The notes beneath the pieces are model-generated. The model was not told the origin of the DNA, searched no databases, and saw nothing but the letters and a program-made list of their open reading frames with translations. Source: a virus (lineage: Duplodnaviria; Caudoviricetes). From it: DNA of 36,346 nt. The stretch lies in IMG/VR virus record IMGVR_UViG_3300032295_001243, positions 1-36,346 of that record; one strand, written 5' to 3'. Below, one piece after another: positions 16,214-24,809 of this stretch. The position numbers and the translations under genes were made by a program. How positions within the stretch are numbered: the stretch's first letter is position 1; the number at the start of each line of letters is the position of its first letter.

Positions 16214-16629
16214 TGCTTCACGATTCTGATGCTCTTTTCCTCCCCGAAATGAATCCAGCCAAACAAGCGAACGCCAGCGAAAACGATGCCAGAATGCCGC
16301 GCCTTGTTGGATTCCATAACTGCTTTTAGACTTTTGTCCGCATCGCGTCGAGATAAAAGTGTCGTCTGGTAAAGAAAATCATGCAGCAAAGCGCATGGCA
16401 GGTTAGCGGCATCATCTGGCCAGTTCGTCATGCCGTCGAACGCATACCCTTTGTAAATCGTCAAAATGTTATGCAACACGCTTCCAAGCATCCGCTTCCC
16501 GTGGTAAATGTCGCAGTTCGGAATCGTCACGCCGTCGAAACGATAGCTTGCCAAGTTGGTCGTGCAATACAACCACGTTTTATTAAAATCCGTGTGGAAG
16601 CTAGGGCGTTGGACGATGAAGACTTTCAT
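16210..16629 (-). CDS. DUF1353-like protein
   Basis: 'GYAFDG...ALLHDFLYQ...RRDAD...FAGVRLFG'. Confidence 0.75.
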   Translation of the reverse strand: MKVFIVQRPSFHTDFNKTWLYCTTNLASYRFDGVTIPNCDIYHGKRMLGSVLHNILTIYKGYAFDGMTNWPDDAANLPCALLHDFLYQTTLLSRRDADKSLKAVMESNKARHSGIVFAGVRLFGWIHFGEEKSIRIVKQ

Positions 16630-16973
16630 TGTAATTTGCGTTCGATGGTTTCAATCAATTTCTCATTCGACTGATGCAGCTTGTCCAAAGTCGTGTCGAG
16701 TTTGATCCGCGCCTCGGTAGCTTTTTCGTGAATCTCCCTATCCTTCACCATAAGCTCGTCAAGTTTCGCTTCCCGCTTTTCGAGCTTGTCGCGTAGGTAG
16801 CGCAAGCCTAAGAGCAAAATGCCAACGCTTAAAACCGTGCCGCCGCTTTCAACCCATTTCGCAAGATCAGCCGCCATGACTTGTCCTAGTAGGTGGGAGC
16901 CGTATTTCGTGACTCCCGCACTCCCTAAGACAACCGCAAATTTCCACGCTTCAAATTCCATCGCGTTAGTCAT
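16626..16973 (-). CDS. Putative holin-like membrane protein
   Basis: Hydrophobic segments plus C-terminal coiled coil; in the lysis cluster. Confidence 0.55.
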   Translation of the reverse strand: MTNAMEFEAWKFAVVLGSAGVTKYGSHLLGQVMAADLAKWVESGGTVLSVGILLLGLRYLRDKLEKREAKLDELMVKDREIHEKATEARIKLDTTLDKLHQSNEKLIETIERKLQ

Positions 16974-17331
16974 TTTCTATGGGTTCAGGTTCAGGGTTTA
17001 CGGGGGGGCTGTAAACGAATTGGCCGTCTTGGAAAGCGTAGCCGCTCGGCATGACAACGGGAACGCGGCATTGAAACTCTGGCAAATTCGCTGCGTCAAG
17101 TTGCGCGTTAATAGTCGTGCCGACCGCTGTATTTCGCTGCAATACGTCGAGCCAATGCGCAAGATTTCCGTTCAGGATTTCCAGCAAGATTGCAGGCGAT
17201 GCGCTCCAGAAATTATCATACGCTGCCGTCATGACTTGCGCTAACTTGTTTGCGGCATCGAGCGATTGCAAAACCGACTGGCGGATTTTCCATTCGTGGC
17301 TTTTTGTTGGTGTTAGGGAGTCAATCATCAT
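16966..17331 (-). CDS. Hypothetical protein downstream of the tail fibre (possible chaperone)
   Basis: Position only. Confidence 0.55.
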   Translation of the reverse strand: MMIDSLTPTKSHEWKIRQSVLQSLDAANKLAQVMTAAYDNFWSASPAILLEILNGNLAHWLDVLQRNTAVGTTINAQLDAANLPEFQCRVPVVMPSGYAFQDGQFVYSPPVNPEPEPIEND

Positions 17332-17332
17332 T

Positions 17333-18961
17333 TTACCAGTTGGGGATTTCGGTGACAGATATGTTTGGGCGAACTACGTTGACCGTCCTTGTGGTCATGT
17401 TTCCGCCCGTGTTTTGAAATGTTCCAAGGCACAAATAATCATTTGCCGCCAGCGTTCGGGTAATGGCGTAGTTTACGTGCGCATAAGTATTCAATCCGCC
17501 TGAGTCAATGGCTGTCGGCACAACTGCGAGCATCGCAGGGGCGGTTGCCAGTGATGTTGTTGCATTCAGGAAAATCATGCCGTATGCCTCAAATCCCGCG
17601 AAAGAACCAGACCTATTAAGCGTGGCGAGCGCGGACAAAGCATAAACTCCAGCGCGGCGAATACGACAAACGACGATGCTCGAAACCGTGTCATTCATCA
17701 GTCCCGTGTTATTCTGCAAAATTGTCGCAATGCTGATTGGCACGTTTGTGGCGTTAGCAACCGTGACTCCCGCGCCGTTCTCACCTGAGAATACCATGGG
17801 GCGCGATTTGCCTGCAATCTTAGTCCAGCTCGTGCCGTCACACATTAGCACACATGATTCCTGCGCCCACATTAGGCGCGTTGCCAACCCGTCAATCAAT
17901 GCGCCGCCTGCGCCTGCAATTGTCACAAAGCGAGTGAGCGCGTTAGACATGCGAATCGTGATGATGCGCCCCGCATTGCCTGATACGCTTGGCAAATCGA
18001 CTTGGTAGTCTGCCGATGTGCCGCTGCATACGTGAATCAGTCCGAATGCCGTGCTTGTGAGCGTGGTTGCGCCCGTGATGCTGACTTCGTTCGGGCCGAC
18101 TGTAACAAGGTCGCTTGTTCCGCTTGTTGCCGCTCGCCAGTTGGCAACGGTGGGAGTCGCAAGATATGTCGCTACGTTTGCGCCAAAAAGCGCCGATGAA
18201 TACGGGTAATTCGCCCACGCCCCGCTGTGAAAAACGCGCCTGATTAGCGTTCCCGCAACGCTGTAAGCCGTGCCGCCGACTGTCGCCGTGCCGTTGCGCA
18301 CAAGGATGGAAAATGAAGCGCCCTCGGACGGCGTGGGGTCTGTGACGGTTAGCGTGGCGACTGATACATACGCGCCTTTATCGGCAGCGGTGAAATTTGC
18401 GGATTTAACTTCTTGCGGGGGAATGTCGCTAGTGAGTGCGATTGTGCCGCTTGCGTTGGGAAATGAAATTGCGCGATTCGCTGTTTGCGTTCCTGAAAGA
18501 GTTGTGGTAAAAGTTCCGTCTGTGATCTTAAAGGTGCTGGAGGTTTGAATGTAACCGCCATTGACGGTATAAATGTGGGCATCTGACCCATAAGTATAAA
18601 TGCCAGCATCGCTACCCGACGTGGAAATAGGAGCAAACTGCCCCACGGTAACGATTCCACCCTCTGATTCAATGCTATTGACATCAAGTGTATCAATCGA
18701 CAATTGCGCCGTCCCATCGCTTGTCGTCGCACTTGTGACGCTGTTCGGCCCTGCTGCGCCCGTTGCGCCCCGTGGTATCGTGAAATTGAATACAGCCGCG
18801 CTGCTTGTGCCGCTGTTTGTAACGCTTGCATTTGTGCCTGCGCTGCCCGTGGTTGTTGTGCCTACTGAGATGGTAGCGGAAGCGCCACGCGCCCCGTTCG
18901 GCTCAAGCGTGATAACCTTAACGGGCGTTTCTCTGTCAATGTGAATGTGTATATCGCTCAT
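17333..18961 (-). CDS. Tail fibre / receptor-binding protein (start re-called at MSDIHI)
   Basis: 'ISVGTTTTGSAGTNASVTNSGT..AAVFNFTIPRGATG' fibre repeat; T/S/G-rich; beta-sandwich C-terminus. Confidence 0.8.
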   Translation of the reverse strand: MSDIHIHIDRETPVKVITLEPNGARGASATISVGTTTTGSAGTNASVTNSGTSSAAVFNFTIPRGATGAAGPNSVTSATTSDGTAQLSIDTLDVNSIESEGGIVTVGQFAPISTSGSDAGIYTYGSDAHIYTVNGGYIQTSSTFKITDGTFTTTLSGTQTANRAISFPNASGTIALTSDIPPQEVKSANFTAADKGAYVSVATLTVTDPTPSEGASFSILVRNGTATVGGTAYSVAGTLIRRVFHSGAWANYPYSSALFGANVATYLATPTVANWRAATSGTSDLVTVGPNEVSITGATTLTSTAFGLIHVCSGTSADYQVDLPSVSGNAGRIITIRMSNALTRFVTIAGAGGALIDGLATRLMWAQESCVLMCDGTSWTKIAGKSRPMVFSGENGAGVTVANATNVPISIATILQNNTGLMNDTVSSIVVCRIRRAGVYALSALATLNRSGSFAGFEAYGMIFLNATTSLATAPAMLAVVPTAIDSGGLNTYAHVNYAITRTLAANDYLCLGTFQNTGGNMTTRTVNVVRPNISVTEIPNW

Positions 18962-19302
18962 GCTCGTGTGACTGTTCCCGTTACGGTGACATTGCCTTCC
19001 ATCCAGCGTTCCACTTGTCCATCGCCATCGGTGACGCGCAAGTCCCAAACGTAGCTGCCTGCGGTGAGCGCCAGTGTATCAGCGGCGGAAATAGAAACGA
19101 CGATTTGCCCTGATGCGGCATTCGTGGTGGAAATGTCAAATTCAAAGATGACGGCAGTTGTAAAAGATGTTCGCACCTGCGCCCTGAAAGCGTAGCCAGA
19201 TACGTTAAGCGTTTGCGTTCGCTGGCAATCGCTGTAAAACGTCACCGCCTGAGAAAAATCGGTGTCAATTAAGACGGTCAAGTTATAGACGGCGGGTGTC
19301 AT
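18958..19302 (-). CDS. Small beta-sandwich fibre adaptor (BppU N-domain-like)
   Basis: 'GYAFRAQVR...GQIVVSISAADT..L..GSYVWDL...EGNVTV'. Confidence 0.7.
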   Translation of the reverse strand: MTPAVYNLTVLIDTDFSQAVTFYSDCQRTQTLNVSGYAFRAQVRTSFTTAVIFEFDISTTNAASGQIVVSISAADTLALTAGSYVWDLRVTDGDGQVERWMEGNVTVTGTVTRA

Positions 19303-19305
19303 TTC

Positions 19306-19917
19306 TTATGGTGCGGTGTCAAATAGCTTTAATCCTTCAGTAACCCTATCGTGCCGCAAGTTGATTGGCAGCGTGGCGCAATATCCGCGCTCATCGCCAT
19401 CTTGCCATTGTGTAACGTGATACGCTTTGACTTTGATTGAAGGCGGCACAAGGTAAAGCGCCCTCATGTTTAGCCATGATTCTGCGCAGTTGCATCGGTC
19501 GATTGTATCGGCGGCGATGCGTGCCGCCTCTACGTGTTCGCGTGTTGCGCTCCAGATGCCGCCCCACGCCTGCGTTTTGCCGTTATACATGATGCGCATG
19601 GATTTTGCCTGCCCTGCCTCTGCTAGCCAGTCTGCGCATTCTTGCGATAGCCAAATGTCGCAATCCATTTTCATCAGCACCTCCCCTGCTTGTGAGTTCG
19701 CCAGCATTCCATCCATGATCGCCTTCGCGCAAGAATTGCCATACATGCCGCGACCGTGCGTGCTGTAATAGCCGTAAACAACGTCATCAGGCGGCGTTGT
19801 CCATTCCGTAGGGTCAATCATTATGTCAGCTTGCCAGCCTAGTGACCGCATCCGTGCTTGGCACGCACGCGCAACGGGCATGTCTGATTCTCTGGCTAGT
19901 ATAAACGCTCTGGTCAT
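19306..19917 (-). CDS. Possible GT-A glycosyltransferase-like protein
   Basis: 'VLMKMDCDIW' DxD after a hydrophobic strand; downstream 'WGGIW' and acidic 'AES'. Confidence 0.45.
   Translation of the reverse strand: MTRAFILARESDMPVARACQARMRSLGWQADIMIDPTEWTTPPDDVVYGYYSTHGRGMYGNSCAKAIMDGMLANSQAGEVLMKMDCDIWLSQECADWLAEAGQAKSMRIMYNGKTQAWGGIWSATREHVEAARIAADTIDRCNCAESWLNMRALYLVPPSIKVKAYHVTQWQDGDERGYCATLPINLRHDRVTEGLKLFDTAP
19315..19322 (-). promoter_or_regulatory. TTGACACC late motif, 12 nt before ATG 19302
   Basis: Exact octamer recurring before structural genes. Confidence 0.7.
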
Positions 19918-20663
19918 GTGCATACGCTGTCGATTCCGATTTCCTCTAGGTTGTCAGATAGCGGTCTTGTAGCTACTGGCTGGCCGATTCCGTGAAGATA
20001 ACCGCTGATAAATGACAACCGCGCAAGCTGTGTCGGCGTTGTCTCTGGCTCTGTCGGGCAGTCGATAATCCGAAAATCCGCCGTCAAGCCAGTGGTGTGG
20101 AAGATGTGTGAGCCAGTTAGAAATGGCACTAGCTTCACACCGCTTCCGTTGGTCTGCAACTCTGCGAGCTTGTAGTTGTATACGCCATCAACCGTATCTG
20201 GGATGTAGTTGCGCGACTCGGCGGCGGTTGACCCTGCATTGATTACTACTAAAGTCAAATCTTCGCCGCCTTTGACCCTTCCAGATTCATCCTCTTTGAC
20301 TTGCACGAAAATCCCGTCGCCAACGGCCATGGAGAACTTTGTAGGATCGTCATTTACATCCAGCCGATTGTCGCATTCATGCAAAATCAATGCGTTTTCG
20401 CCGTCTAAGGCTGAAATCGCACGCTCGGCAACGTAGCCTTGCGCCACGGTGACGTAGTAAGCATCTGAAACAGGATCGCGCCCAAGCGTTAGCTGAAAAG
20501 GATTTTGCTCTACGTATTGGCGCGTGCTTGTTCCGACTGGCGTTCGGTCACGCAATCGCTGCAATGACGAGCGAATGCCGTTTGCCCATTTTGCCGTGAT
20601 CGGGTCACCTGATCGGATAAGATCAGGCAACTGAATCGGCGCTTCTCCGTTTCTTATTTTCAT
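19914..20663 (-). CDS. Putative tail tip/baseplate protein
   Basis: Position; 'GDPITAKWANGI' resembles tail-fibre anchor motifs. Confidence 0.6.
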   Translation of the reverse strand: MKIRNGEAPIQLPDLIRSGDPITAKWANGIRSSLQRLRDRTPVGTSTRQYVEQNPFQLTLGRDPVSDAYYVTVAQGYVAERAISALDGENALILHECDNRLDVNDDPTKFSMAVGDGIFVQVKEDESGRVKGGEDLTLVVINAGSTAAESRNYIPDTVDGVYNYKLAELQTNGSGVKLVPFLTGSHIFHTTGLTADFRIIDCPTEPETTPTQLARLSFISGYLHGIGQPVATRPLSDNLEEIGIDSVCT

Positions 20664-21472
20664 GTGTCGTAAAGGAAAGAATCCCATCCATCATCCTCTG
20701 AAAGCGTCCATTCCAGATTTGTGCGGTATAGCTCGCCAGATTGCGATTGTGAAACACTTGTCAACATCCAGTCACGCGTTCCCGTCGGCTCTGGCGGCGT
20801 TCCTCGCGGTGTTGCAATCTTGCCAAGTTTGTTGATTTGCTGTGGCGTGAGTTGGTCAACGCCCTCCGTCGATTCGTTCCATGTATAGACACTTTTTTGA
20901 TACGTGGTCTGTCCTTGCTGAATTCGTGTTGCAAATTCGATTGCGTCCGCGCCGGCTAACTGGTCAATGTATGCCACCTCAGCGTTTGCTTCATTGTTGA
21001 GATATAAAACGCCATCGCCTATGTTGTAGGTCAACTGCCCCGCAATTAGCATTCCAAGCAAAGTCTTATCAAGATCGACTAGCGGCTTCCATTTCGGATG
21101 CTGCGAGAAAGAAACGTCTGATAGCTGCCCTGTGAGCGTGTATGTTGGCTCTACTCCAGGCGTAAGCTCATCGCCTTCAAATTGCGCCGTGCCGCCCGTA
21201 GCGGTCACGTTGAAAGTGTAAAGATCGCCATCCGTGCGGACAAAGGTCACCGTGTCGATTGTCAGGAAAGAATCAAACGGCGCTGGCACGTTAGGGTCAA
21301 CCGATGAAAGCAATGTCCCCCGCACAAAGTTTGGAATAACGTCCGCAAAGTCTGATGCCTTTACAACGATTTCATGCGTTGCCGTCCATCCGCCTGATTC
21401 GCTGCGTGTGATTGAAAGCCCAGGTTGAGCTTTCATTTCATTTACCCCAAAACCAAAAATTGTTGCTGCCAT
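20660..21472 (-). CDS. Putative distal tail/hub protein
   Basis: Directly after the tape measure; beta-rich, acidic. Confidence 0.6.
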   Translation of the reverse strand: MAATIFGFGVNEMKAQPGLSITRSESGGWTATHEIVVKASDFADVIPNFVRGTLLSSVDPNVPAPFDSFLTIDTVTFVRTDGDLYTFNVTATGGTAQFEGDELTPGVEPTYTLTGQLSDVSFSQHPKWKPLVDLDKTLLGMLIAGQLTYNIGDGVLYLNNEANAEVAYIDQLAGADAIEFATRIQQGQTTYQKSVYTWNESTEGVDQLTPQQINKLGKIATPRGTPPEPTGTRDWMLTSVSQSQSGELYRTNLEWTLSEDDGWDSFLYDT

Positions 21473-21473
21473 A

Positions 21474-22736
21474 TTAGTTTGAGAATCTTGCGCTTGTTGC
21501 GCTTGGTTGTTTTGCCCATGCCTCCAAAATGCCAGCTTTTACCGCATCGCTCATTTCTGCCGTGATGCCAGTTTTAATGCCTTTTTCCACTTGCGATTCA
21601 ATGTTGACTTTTTCAAGTGCTGCGTTTGCGCCAGTGGTTTCCATCGCTCCCGTGAATTGCTCGCGGAAGTTCGTTCCGCCTCGCGTAAATTCTCGGATGC
21701 CCTCGCCAATGCGTTTTGCTCTGTCAGGGTCAAGCATGGAAACTCCGCTTAGATTTTCCGCGCCGTATGCTAGTCCTTTTCCTAGTAATTCTCCTAAGTT
21801 GTCCAATCCTGCAATCAGACTTGCTTGTAATCCTGCCAGAAATACGGTTCCGACTGTTTCGCCAATCATGGCAAACTTGTCAGTGTTTCCCTGTAGTGAT
21901 TCAGTGATTGCCGCGCCAAGAAACTCGCCAGTTGCAGCGAATTTGCCCTCCAATTGCGGCAGGAAATTATTGCTTGCGTCCAGCGCGTCTTTCAGCCCCT
22001 CATTGAATCCCGTGCCAAATGCGACTTGTAGTTGAGTTACAGCCGCTTTTGTCTGATTGATTTTCGCGTTGGTGGTGGTGCTTCCTTTTTCAATCGCTTT
22101 ATAGAATCTCCCGCCTTCGCTGGTTGCAACTTTCAATGCTTGCGCGACAACACCAATGGTTATCTTGCCAGCTTCCATGTCCTTGAACAAATCAGAGTAT
22201 GACCTGCCCGTTTTTTCTGCAATAATTTGCAGCGGGTTAAATCCACTTTCGGCAAGCTGGTTTAATTCTTGCCCCATTAGCTTTCCTTTCGCCGCAATTT
22301 GAGCAAACGCCACTGACAACCTCCCGAATCTCTCGCTGTTTCCAAGGGAAATATCGCCAATCATTTGCAGCAATGGCGTAACATCTTTAATTGCAACGCC
22401 GAATCCAAGCATGAGCTTTGCGCCCTCTGCGTAGTCTTGCAAATTCAGCGGCGATTTCTTTTCTTCCTCCCTGAATGTTTTGATAAGGTCTTTAGCGATT
22501 TTTACGCTTCCAGTCAAAACCTCAAATTGCAATGTCAAATCCTCTACGGACGCGGCAGCGTTTGAACTAGATACGACAAGCGCACCAAGTCCAGCAGCAC
22601 CAGCAGCGCCCATTGCGGTCAATCCAGCAACTCCAGTTGCCGTTGCGCTACCGATGTTCGCAATCGAGCCTTTAACGCTGCGCAGCGTCTTCTCTAGATG
22701 CGTTGCGTTGCCGCGAATATCTACGGTAAATGCCAT
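21474..22736 (-). CDS. Tape measure protein (short, 420 aa)
   Basis: 'IGDIS.GNSERFGRLSVAFAQIAAKGKLMGQELNQLAE.G' tape-measure domain; follows the chaperones. Confidence 0.9.
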   Translation of the reverse strand: MAFTVDIRGNATHLEKTLRSVKGSIANIGSATATGVAGLTAMGAAGAAGLGALVVSSSNAAASVEDLTLQFEVLTGSVKIAKDLIKTFREEEKKSPLNLQDYAEGAKLMLGFGVAIKDVTPLLQMIGDISLGNSERFGRLSVAFAQIAAKGKLMGQELNQLAESGFNPLQIIAEKTGRSYSDLFKDMEAGKITIGVVAQALKVATSEGGRFYKAIEKGSTTTNAKINQTKAAVTQLQVAFGTGFNEGLKDALDASNNFLPQLEGKFAATGEFLGAAITESLQGNTDKFAMIGETVGTVFLAGLQASLIAGLDNLGELLGKGLAYGAENLSGVSMLDPDRAKRIGEGIREFTRGGTNFREQFTGAMETTGANAALEKVNIESQVEKGIKTGITAEMSDAVKAGILEAWAKQPSATSARFSN

Positions 22737-22981
22737 ACTTCTTCTAATTCGCTGGTGTCAATTTCATGCGCTGCAAATGCAATTGGTTCATGCTGTTCCG
22801 TTTGTATCTCTCGGCGGTAAGTCTTAGCGCCTTTGCGGTATAAGATCGCGTGAAACAATTCCGCCTCTTCGTCGATTGGTAGCTCATCTATCTGCTTTCG
22901 TGTCCATCCGTATTCTGATGCCAGCAAGTCAACTATAAAGGCGCGGTCACTTGGCGGGTCACCTCGGTCTGTGGCTTTCCC
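22721..22981 (-). CDS. Tail assembly chaperone frameshift extension (gpT-like)
   Basis: -1 frame opens at GGGAAAG; 'DLLASEYGWT..QIDELP'. Confidence 0.8.
   Translation of the reverse strand, partial: GKATDRGDPPSDRAFIVDLLASEYGWTRKQIDELPIDEEAELFHAILYRKGAKTYRREIQTEQHEPIAFAAHEIDTSELEEVWHLP
22754..22761 (-). promoter_or_regulatory. TTGACACC late motif, 17 nt before the tape measure ATG
   Basis: Exact octamer, longer spacing than the others. Confidence 0.5.
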
Positions 22982-23298
22982 TCGTCGGCAGTAACGACTT
23001 GAGCCGCCTCCCATCGGTTGATTACGCCTTGCACGTATGCGCCAATCTCGTTCTCGTCGTCTTCGCTAAGGTCGAGCGCAACGGCGGTCATCGCGTCGAA
23101 AAACTCATCGTCGGAACGCATCGCCTTTCGCACTTCCTGATCATCAGTCATTGCTAGTGCCGCATAGCCATAAATCAGCACCGTGCTATGACTTTTCCCG
23201 CGCCGTTTCTCGTCGGGGAGAAATTCGCATAACCGCGCCCAGATGAAGTGATTCAGTGGTCGCAATTCTTTTCCTTGTATTGTTGGTGGTGTGTTCAT
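22933..23298 (-). CDS. Tail assembly chaperone (gpG-like)
   Basis: Position and slippery site near the 3' end. Confidence 0.78.
   Translation of the reverse strand: MNTPPTIQGKELRPLNHFIWARLCEFLPDEKRRGKSHSTVLIYGYAALAMTDDQEVRKAMRSDDEFFDAMTAVALDLSEDDENEIGAYVQGVINRWEAAQVVTADEGKPQTEVTRQVTAPL
22975..22981 (-). other. -1 programmed frameshift heptamer G GGA AAG
   Basis: Same heptamer and phase as lambda G/GT. Confidence 0.85.
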
Positions 23299-23996
23299 TT
23301 TCGATAGAGTAGTTTTTCAAGCGTGAGAATCGTTTTCTGGTCGTCGTCTTTTCCGATGTATGCCGTTCGCCCCTTGTGTTTTACTGCCGTATGCGTAGCG
23401 GTTTTAATGTCGGCTAATAGCTGTTTCCAGTTGAGCAACGCAGCTTTGATATAGGACAAATCAGCCGTTGGCAGCTTTAGGTGAATCTCCTTGTCCATCC
23501 ACAAATCAAGATCAACTGCCGCGGCGCGGTTAAAGTGCCACCATGTCGAGCCTGCATGTTCATTGTAGCCGACGCACGGATGCCCTAGCGCAACAAGAGT
23601 TGCGGCAATCGGTGTTCCCGCCGTGCTGATGGTATCGCCACTGTTGACCCGTGAGACGTATTCCGCGCCGCCTTTCGCATGTTCCGCCATCTGCCACATG
23701 ACCGTGAACGCACGTTTAATTCTGGTTAACGTATGTTCAGGATTTTTCAACATCCATGCTTCGTCGAACCACGCCTTCATTACGACTTCCGCCGTGTTGC
23801 CAGTAGGCGATGCCCCGCAGAACTGCCAGATGATTTTCTGCGCTCGTATGCCATCGCCTACAATAACGCGCATGGGCGCCGCTGGATGCAATGGAACGTC
23901 AATGCTAATGATCGCCGCCGCGAGTTTCGGATCGGTGACTTCCTGCATGATGTGCGCGACACTATCGCCGCGCACTCCTGTAAAAGGCTTGTTCAT
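23295..23996 (-). CDS. Hypothetical protein with an internal domain duplication
   Basis: 'TDPKLAAAIISIDVP..WQF' vs 'AGTPIAATLVALGHP..WHF'. Confidence 0.7.
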   Translation of the reverse strand: MNKPFTGVRGDSVAHIMQEVTDPKLAAAIISIDVPLHPAAPMRVIVGDGIRAQKIIWQFCGASPTGNTAEVVMKAWFDEAWMLKNPEHTLTRIKRAFTVMWQMAEHAKGGAEYVSRVNSGDTISTAGTPIAATLVALGHPCVGYNEHAGSTWWHFNRAAAVDLDLWMDKEIHLKLPTADLSYIKAALLNWKQLLADIKTATHTAVKHKGRTAYIGKDDDQKTILTLEKLLYRK

Positions 23997-24010
23997 ATTA
24001 GATTGTGACG

Positions 24011-24385
24011 TTACGATGCGATGGTCGGAACGTAGGTTGCGCTCAGTGAAATGGAGCGGTAATCATCGGCAGCTTGCGTCACTTCGATGGTGTCGATGAT
24101 GGTCAGTCCGCCAGTCATCGCGGCGATAAGGTGATCGGTCGGAACGGTTGCAAGTGTGATTCCCGATGAAATCGTGCCGCTGAATGCGCTGGTCGCTGGA
24201 ATCTTAGCATTGAGCGCGATGGTGCAATCTTCGTCAAAGTCGCTGCGCCCTGTGCGGTCGCCCGTGATATTCATGACGTTCTTGGTTTGGCACTTGTAAC
24301 TCCATGTTACGCCCTCCAATAAAAAGCCAGTTTGCTGCGCAGGAATGCCCCACACTCCGTTCACAGATCCAAGTAAAGTTGCCAT
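24011..24385 (-). CDS. Putative tail tube protein (124 aa)
   Basis: Position after the terminator gene; beta-rich; has its own TTGACACC motif. Confidence 0.6.
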   Translation of the reverse strand: MATLLGSVNGVWGIPAQQTGFLLEGVTWSYKCQTKNVMNITGDRTGRSDFDEDCTIALNAKIPATSAFSGTISSGITLATVPTDHLIAAMTGGLTIIDTIEVTQAADDYRSISLSATYVPTIAS

Positions 24386-24396
24386 GCCTTTTGCAT

Positions 24397-24404
24397 GGTG
24401 TCAA
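24397..24404 (-). promoter_or_regulatory. TTGACACC late motif, 11 nt before ATG 24385
   Basis: Intergenic exact octamer. Confidence 0.75.
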
Positions 24405-24407
24405 AAT

Positions 24408-24809
24408 TTACGTTGTCTGAAATACAATGTCGCAGTCAAACGCGCATTCCAAGCTATCAGACTCCCATTGCGGCACGCCTCCGTTCGGCGCGAAGTAGTC
24501 AATGTAAATGCTGCTCAATTCCGCATTGACGAGCGTGGCGAAACTGGATGCAAGCAAGGTTTCCAAATCATTCGTAATGTCATTGATTTGATCGACCGTC
24601 AAAGAATCGCCAGAATGCGCCCTTAGCTTGATTTCCACCGTGCCGCGATATGCTTTCGGCAGCGCGTTTGAAATGCGCTCTGTAGTCATCGTAACGCCAA
24701 TAAAGGGCAATTCCACCTCCGCGAACTGTTCTGCGTCCACGGCGGGAATGTCGGTGATGTTCGCGCCAATGACTGAAACAATGGCGGCTTTGATTTGTTG
24801 TGTTGTCAT
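24408..24809 (-). CDS. Putative tail terminator protein
   Basis: Size, 'LPFIGV' motif, synteny. Confidence 0.6.
   Translation of the reverse strand: MTTQQIKAAIVSVIGANITDIPAVDAEQFAEVELPFIGVTMTTERISNALPKAYRGTVEIKLRAHSGDSLTVDQINDITNDLETLLASSFATLVNAELSSIYIDYFAPNGGVPQWESDSLECAFDCDIVFQTT

Noticed and set aside
17333-18961. Diversity-generating retroelement or invertible tail-fibre system
   Set aside because: No reverse transcriptase, invertase or duplicated variable repeat seen
19261-19268. Eighth TTGACACC copy
   Set aside because: Inside a coding region with no credible start at the usual spacing; consistent with chance
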